Shown here piece after piece: positions 59,840 through 64,000 of a DNA stretch of 64,000 nt. The stretch's first letter is position 1. Every line of letters starts with the position of its first letter. The notes under the pieces are model-generated. The model was not told the origin of the DNA and made no database searches. It was given only the letters and a program-made list of their open reading frames with translations. A program made the translations under genes and the position numbers. Location: the IMG/VR virus record IMGVR_UViG_3300028048_000089, positions 1 through 64,000 of that record; one strand, 5' to 3'. The DNA comes from a virus (taxonomy: Duplodnaviria; Caudoviricetes).

Positions 59840-60430
59840 CTATTCAAACTTCTCTCTAAATGCTCTTGTAACACCTCTAAATGAACCTTCTTTTGCAACA
59901 CTAACTGCATCATATGGTTCAACTTCATAGACACTAAAGTTAAGAACTACTTGAGCATATCTATCATCATCTAAAATTGGTTTTTGATATTCAATAGAGA
60001 CACCGCTATTGACAACACCTTTAATGAAGATGTCTTTACCAAATTTAATAGCAATCATTGGAGGAACAACACTCTTATTTGTTGCTTGATATTTAGGTAA
60101 AGCAATTGCCTGTAACTTTCTAATTAAAGACTCAACGAAATCTTCACCATCTTCAAGTCCCCATTTAGCAAAGTCAATGTTCATATCTTGCACCATATCT
60201 CTATGAAGATGTAATTGAACTTGAACTTCTCTAGGACCACTGTGACTATAAGTGAAGACAGGTGCAGTTCTACTTAATGCATTTTGAGAAGCAAAATTTG
60301 AACCCATCTTGTCCATTACTGAATCAGGCCATTCAGGTAATAATAACCACTCATCTGTGTGATATAAGTATAAAACATTTGTAATTGTTGGAGTTGTTGC
60401 ATTACTAGGCATAAATACCTCCCAAAGCAT
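59840..60430 (-). CDS. Tail tube initiator-like protein
   Basis: SRTAPVFTYSHSGPR, LPKY...PP. Confidence 0.6.
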   Translation of the reverse strand: MLWEVFMPSNATTPTITNVLYLYHTDEWLLLPEWPDSVMDKMGSNFASQNALSRTAPVFTYSHSGPREVQVQLHLHRDMVQDMNIDFAKWGLEDGEDFVESLIRKLQAIALPKYQATNKSVVPPMIAIKFGKDIFIKGVVNSGVSIEYQKPILDDDRYAQVVLNFSVYEVEPYDAVSVAKEGSFRGVTRAFREKFE

Positions 60431-61838
60431 CTAATACTCTTAATGCTTTTACTTCTCTAGAAGACTTATCTACTTTGTTATCAAGTTCATTTTTAAGTGA
60501 TTGTAAGATACTTTCAACATCTTTATCCACATAACATAATAAGTCTTTGTAAATATCTCTATACATGAAATCACCATCATGACCATGTGTTGAAATATAT
60601 TTATAAATCCACTTGTTAATATCTTCTGACCATTTACCATAGATATCAAATGTGAAGTCTTTATCATAACCAGCAATTAAGATTTGAACTCTCTTAATAT
60701 TGCTAATAATTTCATCAATATGTGTAATTACATTATCAGATAAATATTCTCTTAATCTATCAGATAATAAATATTTTTCATGTGTTTGATATGCAAGTAA
60801 TTTAAGTCTTGTTAAATAATCATAGTTGCCAACGGCATTTACAACTGGAGATACCCAATTATCACCATCGCTAAACAAGACAGTAAATTGATGGTTTACT
60901 TCACTATAGTCACAACTATCAACTAAAACGGAATCTGCTTTCTCCGTGTCAATATCATTGAAAAACCAAGTATGTGTATCACCATTCACATAAACACCAC
61001 CAGGTATGTGTTCAAAGAATGCATTTCCTAAATACTCACCATCTTCAGTTACAATAACATCAGAGTTCTTTCTATAATCACCTTCTAACAATACAATGTT
61101 ATCAGTATATGATGTAGGAAGAATTATAAATAATTTTAAGTTATCTTCTTGTTTAATTTGTTCTTCTTCAGTTAATTCAGGTGAATGTAACAACACAGGT
61201 TTACTAAATGTTAATCCTGCATCATAAGTAACAAATGTTTTTGCTTCAATACTATCTGAAGAAGTTGAAGGTTTATCTGTCATTTGAATATATTTATTGT
61301 GAGAATAAAACCCATAAAACATTGAAATACTATTTTGATATTCAAGAGACAATGTGTAATCAGTATTTGCTCTCACAGGAATCATAAAGATATGATAATC
61401 AGCATTTGTTGTAACTACATAATTACTAGTAGCATCTGCATAAATCTCAATATCAATGTTAGAAGCAGATTGATTACTAAAGCAATTATACATAGGCATT
61501 AAATTTAAACCTAAATAATCTTTAATAAATCTTAAATATTTACCAAGATATTCATGAGTATATGAATCATAGTAATTATTTCTAATTTCAAGATGTTTAG
61601 TAAGATTTAAAACTTCATCATCATATTTATAATCACAAACTTTTTTATAGCCAGTAACTTTATTAGTACCATCAACAGAAGTAGCAATACGAATCTCTTC
61701 AAAATCTCTATCTATATAATATTCACCAACATAAAATTTACTATCATCTTTCTTAACTTTACATGTAGGTAAATTGAAAGAATGAAGCAATTCTTTTATA
61801 TGACCAACATATATATTATTATCATTAAATTTAATCAT
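60405..61838 (-). CDS. Hypothetical structural protein
   Basis: 477 aa ORF in the tail cluster. Confidence 0.5.
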   Translation of the reverse strand: MIKFNDNNIYVGHIKELLHSFNLPTCKVKKDDSKFYVGEYYIDRDFEEIRIATSVDGTNKVTGYKKVCDYKYDDEVLNLTKHLEIRNNYYDSYTHEYLGKYLRFIKDYLGLNLMPMYNCFSNQSASNIDIEIYADATSNYVVTTNADYHIFMIPVRANTDYTLSLEYQNSISMFYGFYSHNKYIQMTDKPSTSSDSIEAKTFVTYDAGLTFSKPVLLHSPELTEEEQIKQEDNLKLFIILPTSYTDNIVLLEGDYRKNSDVIVTEDGEYLGNAFFEHIPGGVYVNGDTHTWFFNDIDTEKADSVLVDSCDYSEVNHQFTVLFSDGDNWVSPVVNAVGNYDYLTRLKLLAYQTHEKYLLSDRLREYLSDNVITHIDEIISNIKRVQILIAGYDKDFTFDIYGKWSEDINKWIYKYISTHGHDGDFMYRDIYKDLLCYVDKDVESILQSLKNELDNKVDKSSREVKALRVLDALGGIYA

Positions 61839-61847
61839 ATCAATCTC

Positions 61848-63983
61848 CTAGATAGTATAACCATAGTTATTATGGTTCAAGTCACTCACTTCAAATTCAC
61901 CATCTAATCTTTCTCTAATGTCATTCAAAACTTGTAAAATTGAACTAACATTTTTATCAATGTTTGGAAGTAATTCTGCTTGAGATTCATCTGTTTGTGG
62001 TTGTAATGTCTCATTATTTTGGGCACTCTCCATGTTTCCTTGTAATGTTTGTTGATAGATATCTCCACCAGCTGCACCGCCAACAAATCCTGATGCAGAA
62101 GTTGCTAAACCACTAACAAGAGAAGTTAAACCACTACCTCTTGAAATAGCAGTATTACCTTGATTAATACCTAATTTTGTAAGCATTGAAGTAGGTGCTA
62201 ATGAAGAACCAAGGCCACTAATGACATCACCAATCATGCCCAAAGAGCCAATACCAACAATACCTAATTTCATTAATTGTTCAACAGTGGCATTCATATC
62301 AAGCATACCACCTGTACCAACAGTTAATGCTTCAATGGCAGGAATATTGATACCCCCTGTAGTTGATTCAATTAAATCTGCAACTCTCCAAATAGCTGCT
62401 AATGCAGGATTAGATGCAATGCTAGATGCTAAAGAGAAGAATGAATTATCAAATAAATTTTGTACCATTTCTGCAGTAGAAATTCTTCCAGGTAAAGCAG
62501 CCATTTGTTGACCTAAAGCACCATACATACCACCAAATGATAGCATGTTATTGTTAATGCCTTTGAAACTACTTGAAAGTTGTTGAGCAGCTCTAATATC
62601 AGAAATGTTAAGACCAAATGTTTGTGCTAAACTAGACCTTACAACATTGTTTTTATTTGAACCAATTTCAACCATGTAATTAGCAATTGCATTTAATAAT
62701 GTATTTGTATTAGAAGCATTAAGACCATTGTTTAATAAATTACCAATATCTAAACCACTTCTACTAGCAGCTATTGTTAAAAGACCTTGCATAGATGAAT
62801 TACCAAATCCTTCAACATTACCACTTCCTAAATAACCTAATGCTTGTGCTAATTGAGTTGCAGTATTTTCTGATAAACCAGTACCAACTAAAGCACCTAA
62901 CCATTTTTGAACAACATATTCAAATTCAGTAGAAGCCTGCATTGTCATTTGAGAAGATGCTTCAACTAATGCCTCTTCAACACTATCAAAAGTTGTACTT
63001 AAATATTCTGTATTTTCAACCATTTGATTCAAGAATCTAGTTAAGTATGCTTCCATACCTAATCTAGCAGCTGTTGAATCACTTTGTTGTAATCTAATAA
63101 TTCTTAATAAAGCAGAATTAGAAGCATCAAATGTATCAGCAATATCTTCTTTAACTGATTGTAAGAATGCTCTTTGTTCAACATTAGCTGCAATACCAGC
63201 CTTAACTAAAGCATCTAAGTTATTTAACATTGTTTCAGTTCTTACATAAGGTTGTATGCCGACAGAAGAAGTTAATCTATTCTCTAAAACACCAAATAAG
63301 TTACCTGATGCAAACTTAGCTGCATTATCCCCCGCTCTTAAACCACCAAGACTAGAACCTTGCAATCTAGCATTAATTCCACCTTGATATTTAGCATATG
63401 TACTAATACCATTATTAACTGCATTCAAAGTAGCACTCATAGTGGCTTGCATTGCTTTATTTAATGCAGTTTGTTTTTTCTGTTCTTTTAAAGTTTGTTC
63501 AGCAAGAGCTAACTCTGCCTCTCTTCTCTTTTTATCTTCTTTTTGGTCAGCAGTAATATTTCCTTCTGCTTCAAGTTTTTCATAAAGTTTTATCCATGCT
63601 TGATTGTCTTCTTTATTTTTAACTGCTTGGTCTTTCTTTGCTTGTTGAACAGATTTCTTAGAGTCTTCTACTTGTTGCTTGTAGATTTTATTTTGCATCT
63701 CTAATCTTTGCTTATAATCTGCTTCATTTCTTTCTTCAATGAGATGCTTTTGATACTCTTCAATATTTTTAATGCCAGCCTTTCTAAGTTCTTGCTCTTC
63801 TCTAATCCAATTATTAATTGCTCGCTTCATTTCTCTTTCTTGTTCAGCGGCAACTTTCTTGGCACCTTCAAGTCTTAGTCTATTTGCAGTTTCAATATTC
63901 TTTTTCTCTGCCTTGAAAAAATCATCCAATGTCTTGAACTCATCTTTACTCATTAAACTAACATCTTGTTTTGTGTCTGGCAT
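61848..63983 (-). CDS. Tape-measure-like protein
   Basis: N-terminal coiled coil, A/G/S-rich helical body, position upstream of baseplate genes. Confidence 0.65.
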   Translation of the reverse strand: MPDTKQDVSLMSKDEFKTLDDFFKAEKKNIETANRLRLEGAKKVAAEQEREMKRAINNWIREEQELRKAGIKNIEEYQKHLIEERNEADYKQRLEMQNKIYKQQVEDSKKSVQQAKKDQAVKNKEDNQAWIKLYEKLEAEGNITADQKEDKKRREAELALAEQTLKEQKKQTALNKAMQATMSATLNAVNNGISTYAKYQGGINARLQGSSLGGLRAGDNAAKFASGNLFGVLENRLTSSVGIQPYVRTETMLNNLDALVKAGIAANVEQRAFLQSVKEDIADTFDASNSALLRIIRLQQSDSTAARLGMEAYLTRFLNQMVENTEYLSTTFDSVEEALVEASSQMTMQASTEFEYVVQKWLGALVGTGLSENTATQLAQALGYLGSGNVEGFGNSSMQGLLTIAASRSGLDIGNLLNNGLNASNTNTLLNAIANYMVEIGSNKNNVVRSSLAQTFGLNISDIRAAQQLSSSFKGINNNMLSFGGMYGALGQQMAALPGRISTAEMVQNLFDNSFFSLASSIASNPALAAIWRVADLIESTTGGINIPAIEALTVGTGGMLDMNATVEQLMKLGIVGIGSLGMIGDVISGLGSSLAPTSMLTKLGINQGNTAISRGSGLTSLVSGLATSASGFVGGAAGGDIYQQTLQGNMESAQNNETLQPQTDESQAELLPNIDKNVSSILQVLNDIRERLDGEFEVSDLNHNNYGYTI

Positions 63984-64000
63984 ATTTCTACCTCAACTAC

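Noticed and set aside
1475-62511. Short plus-strand ORFs and nested alternate-frame ORFs (e.g. 17680, 21541, 26555, 46991, 62221)
   Set aside because: Shadows of longer minus-strand genes with no recognisable motifs
1-64000. CRISPR array, diversity-generating retroelement, integrase or IS element
   Set aside because: No regularly spaced repeats, reverse transcriptase, recombinase or transposase motifs were seen by eye
1-64000. Genome-wide stop-codon reassignment as the cause of the polA break
   Set aside because: Conserved genes are intact in the standard code and end in TAA, TAG or TGA; the polA break also needs a frame change

Overview
This AT-rich 64-kb window is a segment of a large contractile-tailed (myovirus-like) phage genome, probably infecting an anaerobic low-GC Bacillota host. 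Every credible gene is on the minus strand and reads in the standard code. In transcription order (right to left) it holds: tail and baseplate genes (63983-48242); a SNF2 helicase and NrdH-NrdD-NrdG; a sigma-like factor, initiator, DnaC, DnaB and DnaG; a block of small accessory ORFs; a ~740-nt non-coding region with many stems; dUTPase and SSB; a split family-A DNA polymerase; a beta clamp; five paralogous TAGT-type glycosyltransferases with a cytidylyltransferase; RecU and RecA; a tRNA(CAU); a DnaX/HolB/HolA clamp loader; SbcD/SbcC; and a second sigma-like gene. There are four main findings. (1) polA is split around a free-standing HNH endonuclease, and the downstream half has motif A interrupted as TCG-TAAG-TCG. 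A 7-nt ribosomal hop between the matched TCG codons would restore DYSAQEPR exactly, as in the T4 mobA/gene 60 cassette but much shorter. (2) Three free-standing homing endonucleases each sit behind a late-promoter-like motif (TGCTAAATTwwnTGA). Two have a start-blocking hairpin and two have an adjacent copy of their probable target site. (3) A large structured ncRNA lies between that same promoter motif and a terminator. (4) The five-glycosyltransferase array is a candidate DNA-hypermodification system next to the clamp gene. All functional calls come from motif recognition by eye; no database searches were run.
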